From positions 672,001 through 736,000 of the forward strand of contig OY969926.1 of the NCBI GenBank assembly GCA_963704645.1: a stretch of DNA of 64,000 nucleotides, in the 5' to 3' direction. The position numbers and the translations under genes were made by a program. The stretch is from an uncultured bacterium (GTDB lineage: Bacteria; Patescibacteriota; JACMRA01). This document shows, piece by piece, positions 20,370 to 30,987 of this stretch. Position 1 is the first letter of the stretch, and the number at the start of each line of letters is the position of its first letter. The notes under the pieces are model-generated. The model ran no database searches, had not been told where the DNA came from, and saw only the letters and a list, made by a program, of their open reading frames with translations.

Positions 20370-22661
20370 ATGCCGAACCAGAAATTTAGTTCCACGCAGA
20401 ATTCTAAAAGTTTTGAATTGGTAGCTCCGTATCCGCCAGCAGGTGATCAGCCTAAAGTAATTTCTGAGATGGTTGAAAGTTTAAATAAAGGCAATTTTGA
20501 ACAAACAATTTTGGGTGTAACTGGTTCTGGTAAAACCTACATGATGGCTTCAATTGTAAATGAACTGCAACGTCCAACTTTGGTTTTAGCTCATAATAAA
20601 ACTTTGGCAGCCCAGTTAGCAGAAGAATTTAAAAGGTTTTTTCCTAACAATGCTGTTCACTATTTTGTTAGTTACTACGATTACTACCAGCCAGAAAGCT
20701 ATATTCCACGTTCAGACACTTTTATTGAAAAGCAAACACAAATTAATGCAGAAATTGAACGCCTTAGAAATGCCACAACCCAGGCTTTGTTAACCAGAAG
20801 AGATGTTTTAATTGTAGCTTCAGTTAGTTGTATTTACGGTCTTGGTGACCCCGAAGATTACAGAGCTTTGAAAATTGAATTGGAAGTTGGGCAGAAATAT
20901 AAGCTAGATAAACTAACCAGAAAGTTAATAGATTTGCAGTTTATACGAACCAGTTTAGACTTACAGCGAGGTGCTTTTAGGTTGCGTGGCGACAACTTAG
21001 AAATTGCTCCTGCAGGGGAAGAATTGGGTTACAGATTTGGTTTTTATGGTGACGAACTAGAAAAAATAGAAAGCTTCGAAATAGTTAGCGGTCATACCAT
21101 TGAAGTAATAGATAATTATACAATTTTTCCAGCCAAGCAATATGTTACAACGCAGGAAAAAGTTCAGGCAGCTATTCCAAAAATAGAGCAAGATTTAATT
21201 AACCGTGTAGATTATTTTAACAGACAAGCCATGCTTTTGCCGGCGGAAAGGTTGAAACAAAGAACGCTGAACGACATAGAAATGCTTCGCACACTTGGTT
21301 TCGTTTCGGGCATTGAAAACTATTCCATATATTTTGACGGTAGGGAAGACGGCCAAGCACCAGGAACATTGCTAGATTATTTCCCCGATGATGCCATAAC
21401 TTTTATAGACGAAAGCCATATAACCTTGCCCCAAATTGCTGGTATGTATAGCGGTGATAAAAGCCGAAAAGACACCCTTGTAGAATATGGGTTCAGGCTT
21501 CCAAGCGCTTTAAACAATAGGCCACTTAGAATTAAAGAATTTTTTGAAAGACAAAGCCAAATAATTTACGTTTCAGCTACACCTTCCGCATTTGAATTTG
21601 GAGAGAAAAACAGCATTGGTAACGGCGCAGTTGGGGCTGATATTCCCAGAAAAAATGAACCTGTAATTTCTAAGGCAATAATTAGGCCTACTGGTTTAAT
21701 TGACCCGGAAATTATTTTAAAACCTGTGGCTAACCAGGTTGATGATGTTTTGGAAGAAGTTAGGCAGCGCGTATTAAAGGGGCAGCGTGTTTTAATTACA
21801 ACGTTAACTAAAAAGTTTTCAGAGGAATTGGACATATATTTCAAGCAAATTAATATAAAATCGGCTTACATCCATAGTGATGTAGAAACTTTGGATAGGC
21901 TAGATATTTTAAGCGATTTGCGTAGGGGAAGGTATGATGTGCTTATTGGAATTAACCTTTTAAGAGAAGGGCTAGATTTACCAGAGGTTTCTTTAGTAGC
22001 AATTTTTGACGCAGACAAAGAAGGTTTTTTGCGTTCTAAAACCAGTTTAATTCAAATTATTGGAAGGGCAGCTAGGCACAGTGAAGGCAAAGTTATAATG
22101 TACGCCGATTCAGTTACCAAGTCTATGAGGCTGGCTATAGACGAAACTGAGAACCGTAGGCAATTGCAAATTGAATATAATTTAAAGAACGGCATTATTC
22201 CAAAATCTACTTCCAGAGAACTAAAAACCATTTCCGATGAAGTAAAAGAAAATACCGAAAAAAATGAAAATTGGGGAAAGGCTGGTGCAAAATATTCACC
22301 AACAGGTTGGAGTGAAGTTGAAAATGATGAAAGTTTTTCTGGTAAAAGTAAGTTGCTAGCCAGCAATAAAATTAGCTTAGACGGAAATGTTTTAGAAGGT
22401 GAAATGGAAATTGAAAGTAGATTTACCAGGAAAATTAAACCGGCAAAATCTGCTTATACAGCAACTCGTCAGGCAATGTCTAACCCAAACGGTAAACAAG
22501 TCTACGATGCATTTGAACAACAAAAAGAAATTTATTTAGGCGAACTAAGAAGTTTGAAACTATCTAACAACGAGCTAAAAGAAAGACTGCAAATTGCCAT
22601 AGACGCCATGGACTTTGAAATGGCCGCCGCACTGCGTGACTTTATGCAAGGGGAAGGGTAG
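20370..22661 (+). CDS. uvrB: Excinuclease ABC subunit B
   Basis: GVTGSGKT, HNKTLAAQL, YYDYYQPE, DESH, GINLLREGLD; C-terminal UVR motif after a long linker. Confidence 0.97.
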   Translation: MPNQKFSSTQNSKSFELVAPYPPAGDQPKVISEMVESLNKGNFEQTILGVTGSGKTYMMASIVNELQRPTLVLAHNKTLAAQLAEEFKRFFPNNAVHYFVSYYDYYQPESYIPRSDTFIEKQTQINAEIERLRNATTQALLTRRDVLIVASVSCIYGLGDPEDYRALKIELEVGQKYKLDKLTRKLIDLQFIRTSLDLQRGAFRLRGDNLEIAPAGEELGYRFGFYGDELEKIESFEIVSGHTIEVIDNYTIFPAKQYVTTQEKVQAAIPKIEQDLINRVDYFNRQAMLLPAERLKQRTLNDIEMLRTLGFVSGIENYSIYFDGREDGQAPGTLLDYFPDDAITFIDESHITLPQIAGMYSGDKSRKDTLVEYGFRLPSALNNRPLRIKEFFERQSQIIYVSATPSAFEFGEKNSIGNGAVGADIPRKNEPVISKAIIRPTGLIDPEIILKPVANQVDDVLEEVRQRVLKGQRVLITTLTKKFSEELDIYFKQINIKSAYIHSDVETLDRLDILSDLRRGRYDVLIGINLLREGLDLPEVSLVAIFDADKEGFLRSKTSLIQIIGRAARHSEGKVIMYADSVTKSMRLAIDETENRRQLQIEYNLKNGIIPKSTSRELKTISDEVKENTEKNENWGKAGAKYSPTGWSEVENDESFSGKSKLLASNKISLDGNVLEGEMEIESRFTRKIKPAKSAYTATRQAMSNPNGKQVYDAFEQQKEIYLGELRSLKLSNNELKERLQIAIDAMDFEMAAALRDFMQGEG

Positions 22662-22666
22662 TGAGT

Positions 22667-22691
22667 TTGATTAGTTTGTTTTTTTGTGCTT
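22667..22691 (+). promoter_or_regulatory. Orphan-gene motif TTGATT-N12-TGTGCTT
   Basis: Motif match upstream of 22725. Confidence 0.55.
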
Positions 22692-22724
22692 AGCTCTAAA
22701 AGTAAGAATAGATAAATAGATTTT

Positions 22725-22952
22725 ATGGATGTAGTTTTCTTGGTGGTAGTACTTTTTATATCTACAATGTTTGGTGCGGCTTTATTCTACGTTTATAGTA
22801 TTCCATTGTTTTTCTCAATGTTTGGTTCTGTTTCTGAGAATCCAAAAGTATTGCTAGCTCAGGAAAATCCACGATGTTTTTGGATAGGAATTATTTTTCC
22901 GACATGCCTTATACTGTGCTGTATTTATTTTTGGATTAAAATTTTTGTTTAA
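22725..22952 (+). CDS. Orphan small 2-TM membrane protein
   Basis: Two hydrophobic helices; upstream motif; hairpin at 22977-23004. Confidence 0.5.
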   Translation: MDVVFLVVVLFISTMFGAALFYVYSIPLFFSMFGSVSENPKVLLAQENPRCFWIGIIFPTCLILCCIYFWIKIFV

Positions 22953-23006
22953 TTTATAAAATTTTTATATTCAAATTTAGGCTTCTGTGTTTTTCAGAGG
23001 TCTAAT

Positions 23007-23549
23007 TTATTCGGAAATAAACCGTAGAACTTCCTCAATTCTTTCATCGTGATGTAAACTTTTTATGGTTAATAGTTTATCTTTTGGAACAAACTGTTCA
23101 ATGTTTTTTCTGGCTAATTCGTCAAACTTTTCTCTTGTGTCTAAGTTGGCTCTTAATACTTCATGTGTTCCTTCAAACATAATTGGGAAATAAACAAAAT
23201 GGGTGTATTGTTTTGTACGTTCTGCTACTAAATTGGTGTATAAATCTAAATCTGCACCAGACATATTGCTGCTAAGCTGGGCGTAACATAAATAATCTAT
23301 AACTGAACGGTCCGTTATAAAACCATTGGTTTCATTAAAATTTTCTAACTCAACCTGTTTATTTAAAGCGTATTTCTGAAAAGTACCACGAACATCGGCG
23401 GGTAGTTTTTCAAACTCTGCAATACCAAATTCCTGCCATATATTCCTCATAGTATTGGTCATAAAATGCAAATTAAGTTGTTCAAACAAAGCTTTTCCTA
23501 AGGTAGTTTTTCCTGTAGAATGAGCTCCACAAAGTGCTATTTTGTTCAT
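23007..23549 (-). CDS. P-loop kinase-like ATPase (AAA_28/NadR-type)
   Basis: IALCGAHSTGKTT; FITDRSVID. Confidence 0.8.
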   Translation of the reverse strand: MNKIALCGAHSTGKTTLGKALFEQLNLHFMTNTMRNIWQEFGIAEFEKLPADVRGTFQKYALNKQVELENFNETNGFITDRSVIDYLCYAQLSSNMSGADLDLYTNLVAERTKQYTHFVYFPIMFEGTHEVLRANLDTREKFDELARKNIEQFVPKDKLLTIKSLHHDERIEEVLRFISE

Positions 23550-23609
23550 AATAAAATGGAAGGTGGATGTTTAGGTTTTGGTTGTCAACTACATATAAAA
23601 GTAAAGTTT

Positions 23610-23924
23610 TTAGCTACTTTTTTTATAAACTTTCTTACTGCCCGAGTGAGTCCCAGCCTCTAGCAATACAATTATTAATTGTTGATTCTTGTGGTACAGC
23701 CAAATCACTCTAATATCACCAGTTATCCAGCTGCTCCAAACATCTTCATTGTTTATAGTGTCAACTTTATGAGATTTGAGAGAATTGTGCTGAGGGTTAT
23801 CTGCTAATAGTTTTAGAGACTTACTAAACTTTTTTGCTATAAGTGTATTTTTCTTGATTAACTTTCTATAGTCATCCAAAAACTCTGGAGTAAATTCTAA
23901 GTCATATTTTTCTTTGTCTAACAT
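23610..23924 (-). CDS. RelE/YafQ-family mRNA interferase toxin
   Basis: LEFTPEFLDDY...P.H.SLKSH...WITGDIRVIW...AGTH. Confidence 0.8.
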   Translation of the reverse strand: MLDKEKYDLEFTPEFLDDYRKLIKKNTLIAKKFSKSLKLLADNPQHNSLKSHKVDTINNEDVWSSWITGDIRVIWLYHKNQQLIIVLLEAGTHSGSKKVYKKSS

Positions 23925-23981
23925 ATAAATTCAATATTATCATTATTCAATTCTACCCATCGCCAAAAGTAGTCTTAAAAA

Positions 23982-24266
23982 CTAGGCTAGGCCCTTTAAA
24001 AAGTTTTCAATATCAGAATTTTTAACAGTTGTAGTTTTACCATTTTTGTAGCTTTCGTAAGCTTCCATCAATTTTGATTTAGTATCAAAACTTAATTTTA
24101 AAGCTGGATTATTGTCTTTCATTTGAGTTTTAATTAACCAGGTCTTTTCGGCTAAAATTGCTCTAATTATTTCAGTTTTATCTAAGCCTTTGTACAAGGT
24201 ATTTTGTAAAATTTCGAACATTTCAGCAGTGTTTTCGTTTTCTTTAAGGCGAATAATTGTGGACAT
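23982..24266 (-). CDS. Putative cognate antitoxin
   Basis: Small ORF immediately upstream of the toxin; C-terminal EAYESYKNGK...IENFLKGL typical of antitoxins. Confidence 0.6.
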   Translation of the reverse strand: MSTIIRLKENENTAEMFEILQNTLYKGLDKTEIIRAILAEKTWLIKTQMKDNNPALKLSFDTKSKLMEAYESYKNGKTTTVKNSDIENFLKGLA

Positions 24267-24514
24267 ATAGGTATAATAAAGTACTACTATAAGACTACTT
24301 TGTGCTTCATATATTGTCAAACATTTAAGGAGTTTCAAGTTTTTTAATAATCGCTGTCATTAATTATCCAATCTTGATTAATTATTTCAGACGAAAAACA
24401 ATTAGTAACCTTATTATACTTTGAGCCGTTAAGGTAAAATATAAATTTACTTATTTTAGTTTAATGCTATAAAGTAAATTATAAATATTATTATTTTAGA
24501 CTGGTGCTATGGAT

Positions 24515-25249
24515 TTACCCCTCCAAAACCCCAAGTGCAAATCGTTTTTGTAGATTCTGTGAGTTTAACTTCATAGACTTTAAAACTAATTGTATTTTGC
24601 TGGCTACGTTTTTAGAAGGTTGTTGTTTGTAAAAAGCTTCCAAATTTTGTAGTACTTGCCATAAGAAAAACTGAACTTCTTCTCGGTTTTTGTCTGTTTT
24701 TATTAAACTGGTTAAATCTGTGCTTTTTCCGCTTAAAAAGTTCTTGGTAAATTGTCCTACGTCTGGGTATTTTTCTTTGTATTTATCTATCAAATCTGTA
24801 TCTAAAAACTTCATGCAAGTTTCTACGTTTAGGTTAAATATTTGGCATCTAGATTTAATAGTTGGAAGAATACTAAAAACGTCGTGGCTGAATAAAATTG
24901 GGTGCAAATTAGGTGGAGTTTCCTCAATAAATTTTAACAAACCTTCTTGTGCTGGTAGGGAAATGTCTGATAAACTTCCTAAAAATAGAAGGGTTGGTTT
25001 ATTGTAATGCTTATAAAGTTCGGCCAGTTCTTCTTTAAAATCTTCTTTGGCTGTCCATTTAGGTAAAATTACTTGGCCAGAGTTTAAATATTCATCCCAT
25101 GTTTTGTTTGTTAACTCATTTGCAGACAAATTTTTCAAAATAAAAGGCTTATTTTCTTCGTATTGTTTTAAAATTTCGTAAGAAAGAACGGGTATTAACT
25201 TGTTTAAATTTAGTTGAATATGTGTAAGAAAAATTTTACTTTGAGACAT
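24515..25249 (-). CDS. holB: Degenerate DNA polymerase III delta' subunit
   Basis: AQEGLLKFIEETP...ILPTIKSRC clamp-loader motif; no Walker A or zinc cluster seen. Confidence 0.65.
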   Translation of the reverse strand: MSQSKIFLTHIQLNLNKLIPVLSYEILKQYEENKPFILKNLSANELTNKTWDEYLNSGQVILPKWTAKEDFKEELAELYKHYNKPTLLFLGSLSDISLPAQEGLLKFIEETPPNLHPILFSHDVFSILPTIKSRCQIFNLNVETCMKFLDTDLIDKYKEKYPDVGQFTKNFLSGKSTDLTSLIKTDKNREEVQFFLWQVLQNLEAFYKQQPSKNVASKIQLVLKSMKLNSQNLQKRFALGVLEG

Positions 25250-25345
25250 GTACTTGTTCAGGCTAGATTAATTTAAGCATGAAAGCTAGAAAATATCTTG
25301 GCAAGAGGTTGACAAAGATGCCGAATAAATTAAAAAATTAGTTGT

Positions 25346-25431
25346 GCCGTTGTGGTGGAATGGTAGACACGGGAGACTTAAAATCTCCTATCCGTAAGGG
25401 TGTGAGGGTTCGAGTCCCTCCGTCGGCACCA
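25346..25431 (+). tRNA. tRNA-Leu(TAA)
   Basis: TGGTAGACAC D-loop, GGAGA-CTTAAAA-TCTCC anticodon arm, long variable arm, GTTCGAGTC, encoded CCA. Confidence 0.95.
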
Positions 25432-25703
25432 TTTAAATATTTTCCCCGTAAGGGGTATTTTTTATTGGGGGATAATTGCGTAAAATAAACTTCATCTATT
25501 TTGAACAATAAAAATTATATTGCAAATTGGCATACAACCCCTTTTAAATTATTATTTGGCTCCTAGTCGTTTGCTTGAAGCAGGCTGATTTCTCTTAAAA
25601 ATCTTTGTCAATCCTACACTTTTATAAACTTTAAAAAATACTTTGCAACTTAAAATTCAACAAATCATTTGTTTTATTTAGTTAAAAAATGCACATTTTA
25701 ATG

Positions 25704-25728
25704 TTGACCAAACAAGTTTTGTGTGCGT
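25704..25728 (+). promoter_or_regulatory. Orphan-gene motif TTGACC-N12-TGTGCGT
   Basis: Motif match upstream of 25769. Confidence 0.55.
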
Positions 25729-25768
25729 TTATATGATAGTCAAACTAAAATTTACTAAGAGTAAAATA

Positions 25769-26197
25769 ATGGCAATCCAAGATCGTATTTGTTTCTCAGA
25801 TATTCAAGACAAAGCAGTTGAGGTTGAAATAGACATTACAAATCAACAGGTTATTTCTAATAACGAAGACCTGCGCTCTGTATCCATTAACCGTGAAAAA
25901 AAGACTATAATGCTTGAAGTAAATGACGGATACCCAAGAGGGAAGAACTGGGCAGAATGGCTAGCAAAACATGGAGAAGCTTCTTTAATACAAAGTAGCG
26001 ACACTTGGGAATTCAGTCTAAATAATGACGTTAACATTGCAACCAACCAACACCATCTGATTTTCTGGACAATAAGCTTTGGGAATCAACTTCGAGTTGA
26101 TCAAAATGTTGTAGTCGTTGGAAGACTAACAATGAACAGTGGTGACTTTGAGGAGGTTAGTTTTAATGCTAAAGTTCTGACTATTAATTTAATATAG
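25769..26197 (+). CDS. Orphan protein
   Basis: Open ORF; terminator ACCCTC-TATTGTTG-GAGGGT at 26215-26234. Confidence 0.6.
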   Translation: MAIQDRICFSDIQDKAVEVEIDITNQQVISNNEDLRSVSINREKKTIMLEVNDGYPRGKNWAEWLAKHGEASLIQSSDTWEFSLNNDVNIATNQHHLIFWTISFGNQLRVDQNVVVVGRLTMNSGDFEEVSFNAKVLTINLI

Positions 26198-26306
26198 ATT
26201 TATTGGTTTTTTTACCCTCTATTGTTGGAGGGTGAATTTATTTGCAAAAAAGTGCAGCTATAACAAATACTTGACAAGATAACTATTATCTTTCTAAGAG
26301 TTAGTT

Positions 26307-26765
26307 GTGCTAGAAAAAGATGTATCAAAATTTTCAAAAGCTGTTTTTTCACAAGAATCAGCCGAGTCTTTGTTGCACAAATTAGTTTATTTAATGGGTC
26401 AATCGGCTAACAAAAAGTTAATAGAAACTTTTAACTTAAATTTTACCCAATTCAGAATATTAATGCAGCTTAATTACGATCCAAATTCTAATCAGAAAAA
26501 CTTGGCTTTGTGTGTAGGAATGACTGAAGGTGGTTTAAGTAAAGCAATATTAGATTTAGAAGAAAAAGGAGTTATAATTTCTACTATTAACCGAAAAAAT
26601 AGAAGAGAAAGACATTTAAATTTAACCGAAACAGGAAAAGTTTTATTTGCAGAAGTAGCTGCCGAGTTAAGCCAAATGTCGCAAGAGCTATTTTCAGCTT
26701 TAAGCCCAGATGAAGTAACTAATTTCACAACAAACTTACAAAAATTGATACAGCAATTCAACTAA
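26307..26765 (+). CDS. MarR-family transcriptional regulator
   Basis: QKNLA...SKAILDLEEKGVI...NRRERHLNLTETG. Confidence 0.9.
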   Translation: MLEKDVSKFSKAVFSQESAESLLHKLVYLMGQSANKKLIETFNLNFTQFRILMQLNYDPNSNQKNLALCVGMTEGGLSKAILDLEEKGVIISTINRKNRRERHLNLTETGKVLFAEVAAELSQMSQELFSALSPDEVTNFTTNLQKLIQQFN

Positions 26766-26773
26766 TCAACACT

Positions 26774-29700
26774 ATGTCATCTCACAAAAAAGAAGTACAT
26801 TCTCAAAACAATACTCAAACCGAGTTAAAGAATACTTCGCAAGCCACAATTCAAAATACTTCTAACCCTGAATTGGGTCGAAAAGATTTTAACTACTATA
26901 TTGCCAAATTCTTTTTGAATAATAATAGGCTAACAATTTTAACTCTTTTTCTTTTAATAACTGTAGGAATTGGTAGTTTGCTTTTGCTTAAAACTACAGG
27001 TTTCCCTAATCCTGAAATTAAAATTGCCATTGTAAATACAATATACCCAGGAGCCAGTTCCGAGACAATTGTTAAAGATGTAACTCAACCTTTGGAAGCT
27101 GCAATTAAAGATGTAAGTGGAGTTGTTAGATATTCGTCTAATTCGTCTAATTCAGTATCTACAATTTCAGTATCTATAGATCAAAAGGCAGACAGTTCAA
27201 GCGTTAAAAATCAAATTGAATCGGCTGTAAAATCGGTAAAATTACCAGAAAACGCTGAAACTCCAATTTTAATTTCCCCAGATATTGGCGGTCCAGATTA
27301 TATTTTTTCAGTGGCTGGAGACGACAAAGCCAAAATGTATAATGTTTTTGAAAGTTTGAAACAAGAAATTACAGCTTTGCCAGAAACCGCTGAAGTAGAA
27401 GCTGCAGTTAATTTAGAAAAGAAAATTGTTGTAAGTTTAGACCAGCAAAAGTTAACAGCTGCTGGAATTCAAGCCTCCGATATTCAACAAAAACTAAGAA
27501 CTTTGGGTGAAAGTTTACCTGTAATTTCTGGAGTAGATTTAAACTCTCAAAGCACTTCAATTTCTACTTCTATTAAAGGTCAGGACTTGGAAACAATTCA
27601 AAATATACAGTTTACACCGTCACCTTCAGCGCTTCAGTTTGCAGCTCAGGCTGGAATTACAGTTACTTCAGTTTCGCTTAAAGATATTAGTACAATTGAA
27701 ACAAAATACGAGTTCGCAAATAAAAATGAAACAGTTTACGCCTTTAATTATGAAGGCAAAAGTACGGTTAAACCTGCCATAATTTTCACAGTAAAATCTA
27801 CTAAAGATATTGATCAGGCCAAATACAGTAACGCATTAGAGGAAATTATTAAGAAGAAAAGCGATATTGTTTTTGCCAAATCAGATGATGTTTCTAGTAA
27901 ATACGATGCTAATAAAGTATTAGTAGTAGAAAATTTGTCTATTAGTGAAGACAATAAAGAACAGGTTGACGAAGTAATAGGTGGTTTAATTGGAGGGCCT
28001 TTAAAAGTTGATGGATTTGCTGCAAATTTGGGTTGGCTTTTAGGCGGTATTCAGTTGGTTATGTTGGTAATGATTGCGTTCGTTTCTTGGAGGGCGGCAC
28101 TTATTGCAGGTATTTCCATTCCTCTAAGTTTAGCCTTTTCAACAATATATTTGTACTTAATTGGTGAAAATTTAAATACTTTAGTTTTGTTCTCTTTGGT
28201 TTTGGTTATTGGTTTAGTAGTTGACCCTGCTTTAGTTATGATGGAAGCTATTCAAAGAAAAATTGACGGAGGTTTAGTAGGCAAAGAAGCAGTTTTGGAA
28301 GCTGTTCGAGATGTAGGTCCAGGTGTGTTCATGGCTTGCTTAACTAACATTATTGTATTCGTACCTTTTGGGGTTATGTCTGGAATTTTAGGAGCAATTT
28401 TTGCTTATATTCCGCTAACAATTATACCAGCAACAATTGGTTCTTATGTTGTTCCTTTAATATTCCTAGCTTGGATGGGAGGTTTAATTTTAAAGCCTGC
28501 CAAAAATTCTAAGGGTAGCGAAGAAGAAAACCTTTGGCCAATAGCCCGCTGGTTGGAGCGTGTAAACTATAGAATTTTAACAGGTTCTAGGTGGGTTAGA
28601 CTAATTATTATTGTAGCTGGATTAATTGTGCCAATTCTGGTTTCTTATGCTTTAGTTTCAAGTGAACAAATTAAAGTGGTTCAATTTGCTAGTAACGATA
28701 ATGGTGAACAATTACAGGTTTCTGGAGTGTTCTTACCATCTTCAACAGTTGAAGAAAGATCTAAAATTACAGCTGAAATATTAAAAATTGCTACAGAAAA
28801 CCAAGACGTTATAGATTCTGCTCCTTTTGGAAATGGGTTTAGCTATATTTTAAATTTAAAATCAGTTAGCCAAAGAAGCCAAAAAGCCTCGGAGATAGCT
28901 GCTAATATTGATCAAAAATTCAAGGAAAAAATTGGAAATAAAATGTTTGATTTAAGAACTGGTGTAATTCAAAATGGACCTGCTGGTGCTGGTTATCAAG
29001 TGTCTGTAGCGGTTAAAACTGAAGACTTGGATAAGCTAAAAGTGTCCTCAGCGGAAGTAGCTAGAGTTATAAATTTGGTTTGTAAAAAGTCTGATAATTC
29101 TATAACCATTGAAGAAAACTGTAGTGATGGAAGCAGAATAATTACTAAAATTGATGACGGATATACTAACAAAAATAACCGTGTAATTGATATTGTTTTA
29201 AACCAAAAAGCATTGTCAGACAATCAGCTAATTATACCAAATGCTCCAGCTACTTTGTTTGTTAATTCTGCTGTGAAAAGTCAGTTCCAAATTGGAGATG
29301 GCAAAGAAGTTACTAAAATTAAAGTTGATGGAAAAGACTTGGGTGTTTATTTAGACAAAATTCAAGCCGACCCTGTTAGTGTTGAAAAATTGCAGGAAAT
29401 CAATGTAACTGGTTTAACTGGAAAAACTAATAAATTATCTGATATTGCTACTATCCAAGAAAGCTTCCCTAAAACTTCCATTGCTAGATCTAGAGGCCAA
29501 ACTTTAAACATTGTTCAAGCCAGACTGAACACAGAAAATGCTGAAAATCAAGCCGTTGCTGCTAGAATTGTAACTTCAGTAAAAGAATACTTTAGCAAAG
29601 ATAATTTTGCCGAAACCACCAAACTAGGACTTGAAGAAAATTCAATCTCAGAATTTAGTGATGGAAGTACTGCCGAATTTGCTAAGTCATTCCAAGAATT

Positions 29701-30301
29701 GTTAATTGCTTTAGTATTAGCTATTTTCATTAGCTACTTGGTACTAGCTTTGTTCTTCAATTCGCTATCACAACCATTAGCTATTATCTATACAATTCCA
29801 TTAACTTTGTTAGGTGTATTTCCTGCTTTGGCTTATTTTGGCGGAGGACAAATTGGCTTCTTAGAAATTATTGGTATTATTATTCTTGTTGGAATTGTAG
29901 AAAATGTTGCTATATTCTTAATTGACGCAGCTAATCAAAAAATTAACGAAGAAGGTCTTGATGAAAAAACTGCCATTGCTTTTGCTTCAGGTTTAAGGTT
30001 CAGGCCAGTTATTTTAACTAAGTTAACTGCACTTGCTTCACTTGCTCCGCTAGCTGTATTTTCAGTTTTCTACCGTTCAATTGCTGTTACAATTATATTC
30101 GGAATTATAGCCTCAGGTTTTATATCTTTGGTAACAACTCCAATTTTGTATATTTTCTGCAGATGGATGAGTAGACAGTTCGCGCAAGCTGCATGGTACA
30201 ACAAAATATTATTCTTAACTGTGGTTCTTGCTCCAATTTACTTAATTGTATGGGGAATTAAAGACAAACCAAGTAAGAAGGTGGAAGTTGTGAAAGCTTA
30301 A
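26774..30301 (+). CDS. RND (AcrB/AcrD/AcrF-family) transporter
   Basis: YPGASSETIVKDVTQPLE, GLVVDPALV, RFRPVILT; 12-TM architecture with two large extracytoplasmic loops. Confidence 0.9.
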   Translation: MSSHKKEVHSQNNTQTELKNTSQATIQNTSNPELGRKDFNYYIAKFFLNNNRLTILTLFLLITVGIGSLLLLKTTGFPNPEIKIAIVNTIYPGASSETIVKDVTQPLEAAIKDVSGVVRYSSNSSNSVSTISVSIDQKADSSSVKNQIESAVKSVKLPENAETPILISPDIGGPDYIFSVAGDDKAKMYNVFESLKQEITALPETAEVEAAVNLEKKIVVSLDQQKLTAAGIQASDIQQKLRTLGESLPVISGVDLNSQSTSISTSIKGQDLETIQNIQFTPSPSALQFAAQAGITVTSVSLKDISTIETKYEFANKNETVYAFNYEGKSTVKPAIIFTVKSTKDIDQAKYSNALEEIIKKKSDIVFAKSDDVSSKYDANKVLVVENLSISEDNKEQVDEVIGGLIGGPLKVDGFAANLGWLLGGIQLVMLVMIAFVSWRAALIAGISIPLSLAFSTIYLYLIGENLNTLVLFSLVLVIGLVVDPALVMMEAIQRKIDGGLVGKEAVLEAVRDVGPGVFMACLTNIIVFVPFGVMSGILGAIFAYIPLTIIPATIGSYVVPLIFLAWMGGLILKPAKNSKGSEEENLWPIARWLERVNYRILTGSRWVRLIIIVAGLIVPILVSYALVSSEQIKVVQFASNDNGEQLQVSGVFLPSSTVEERSKITAEILKIATENQDVIDSAPFGNGFSYILNLKSVSQRSQKASEIAANIDQKFKEKIGNKMFDLRTGVIQNGPAGAGYQVSVAVKTEDLDKLKVSSAEVARVINLVCKKSDNSITIEENCSDGSRIITKIDDGYTNKNNRVIDIVLNQKALSDNQLIIPNAPATLFVNSAVKSQFQIGDGKEVTKIKVDGKDLGVYLDKIQADPVSVEKLQEINVTGLTGKTNKLSDIATIQESFPKTSIARSRGQTLNIVQARLNTENAENQAVAARIVTSVKEYFSKDNFAETTKLGLEENSISEFSDGSTAEFAKSFQELLIALVLAIFISYLVLALFFNSLSQPLAIIYTIPLTLLGVFPALAYFGGGQIGFLEIIGIIILVGIVENVAIFLIDAANQKINEEGLDEKTAIAFASGLRFRPVILTKLTALASLAPLAVFSVFYRSIAVTIIFGIIASGFISLVTTPILYIFCRWMSRQFAQAAWYNKILFLTVVLAPIYLIVWGIKDKPSKKVEVVKA

Positions 30302-30327
30302 ATCTCGATAACTAAAATTGTGCTATT

Positions 30328-30357
30328 GTAGGGGGCGATGTTTATCATCGCCTTTTT
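30328..30357 (+). repeat. GTAG-type REP-like hairpin doubling as terminator
   Basis: GTAG-GG-GGCGATG-TTTAT-CATCGCC-TTTTT. Confidence 0.55.
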
Positions 30358-30438
30358 GGTTTTACTTAAATCTAAAACCCCGAACGGGCAAGAACGGGGT
30401 TAAAGTAAGAATACCTTATGAAGGTAGGTGATATTATT

Positions 30439-30987
30439 CTACAATGTAACTAAATTATTTGGGTCGGTAGAGTCTAGAATGTCTTCGGCCATGTCAGTGT
30501 CATCTTCAACGGCTAACATGACACCACCAGATTGAACAGTAGATTGAATTCTATCTGCCTCTGCGGCGTCCATCCCAGCTTTAGTTAAACCTGAAGCTAG
30601 TCCTGCTACTCCGGCAGCAGTTCCTCCAATTGCAGCTCCAGCAACTGTATTGGCAGCCAAGCTGCTAAAGCCTAAAGCTGCAGCCAAAGGCCCGGTAATT
30701 AGAAGGGCTCCGAAGCCAGGAATTGTTAAAGCTGCAACACCTGTTAAAAGCCCTATAATGCCGCCTAAACTAGCTCCGCTTAAGATTCCGCCTGTGGTTC
30801 CGGCTACTGTATCACCAATTGGATTATTATGATGATCACCAACATTCATTCCTTCTGTATGCATTTTTTTAGATGTTTCCTCAAGTGCAGCTACACTGAT
30901 ATGATCTCTAGAGACCCCTGCTTCAGTCAATTTGTGCAAAGCTTCATTTGCAGATTGAAAGTTGTCGTAAGTGGCGATGATTGTCAT
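30439..30987 (-). CDS. General stress protein (YflT-like) with glycine zipper
   Basis: ATYD...A.EAL..L..AG.....ISV; IPGFGALLITGPLAAAL. Confidence 0.85.
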   Translation of the reverse strand: MTIIATYDNFQSANEALHKLTEAGVSRDHISVAALEETSKKMHTEGMNVGDHHNNPIGDTVAGTTGGILSGASLGGIIGLLTGVAALTIPGFGALLITGPLAAALGFSSLAANTVAGAAIGGTAAGVAGLASGLTKAGMDAAEADRIQSTVQSGGVMLAVEDDTDMAEDILDSTDPNNLVTL

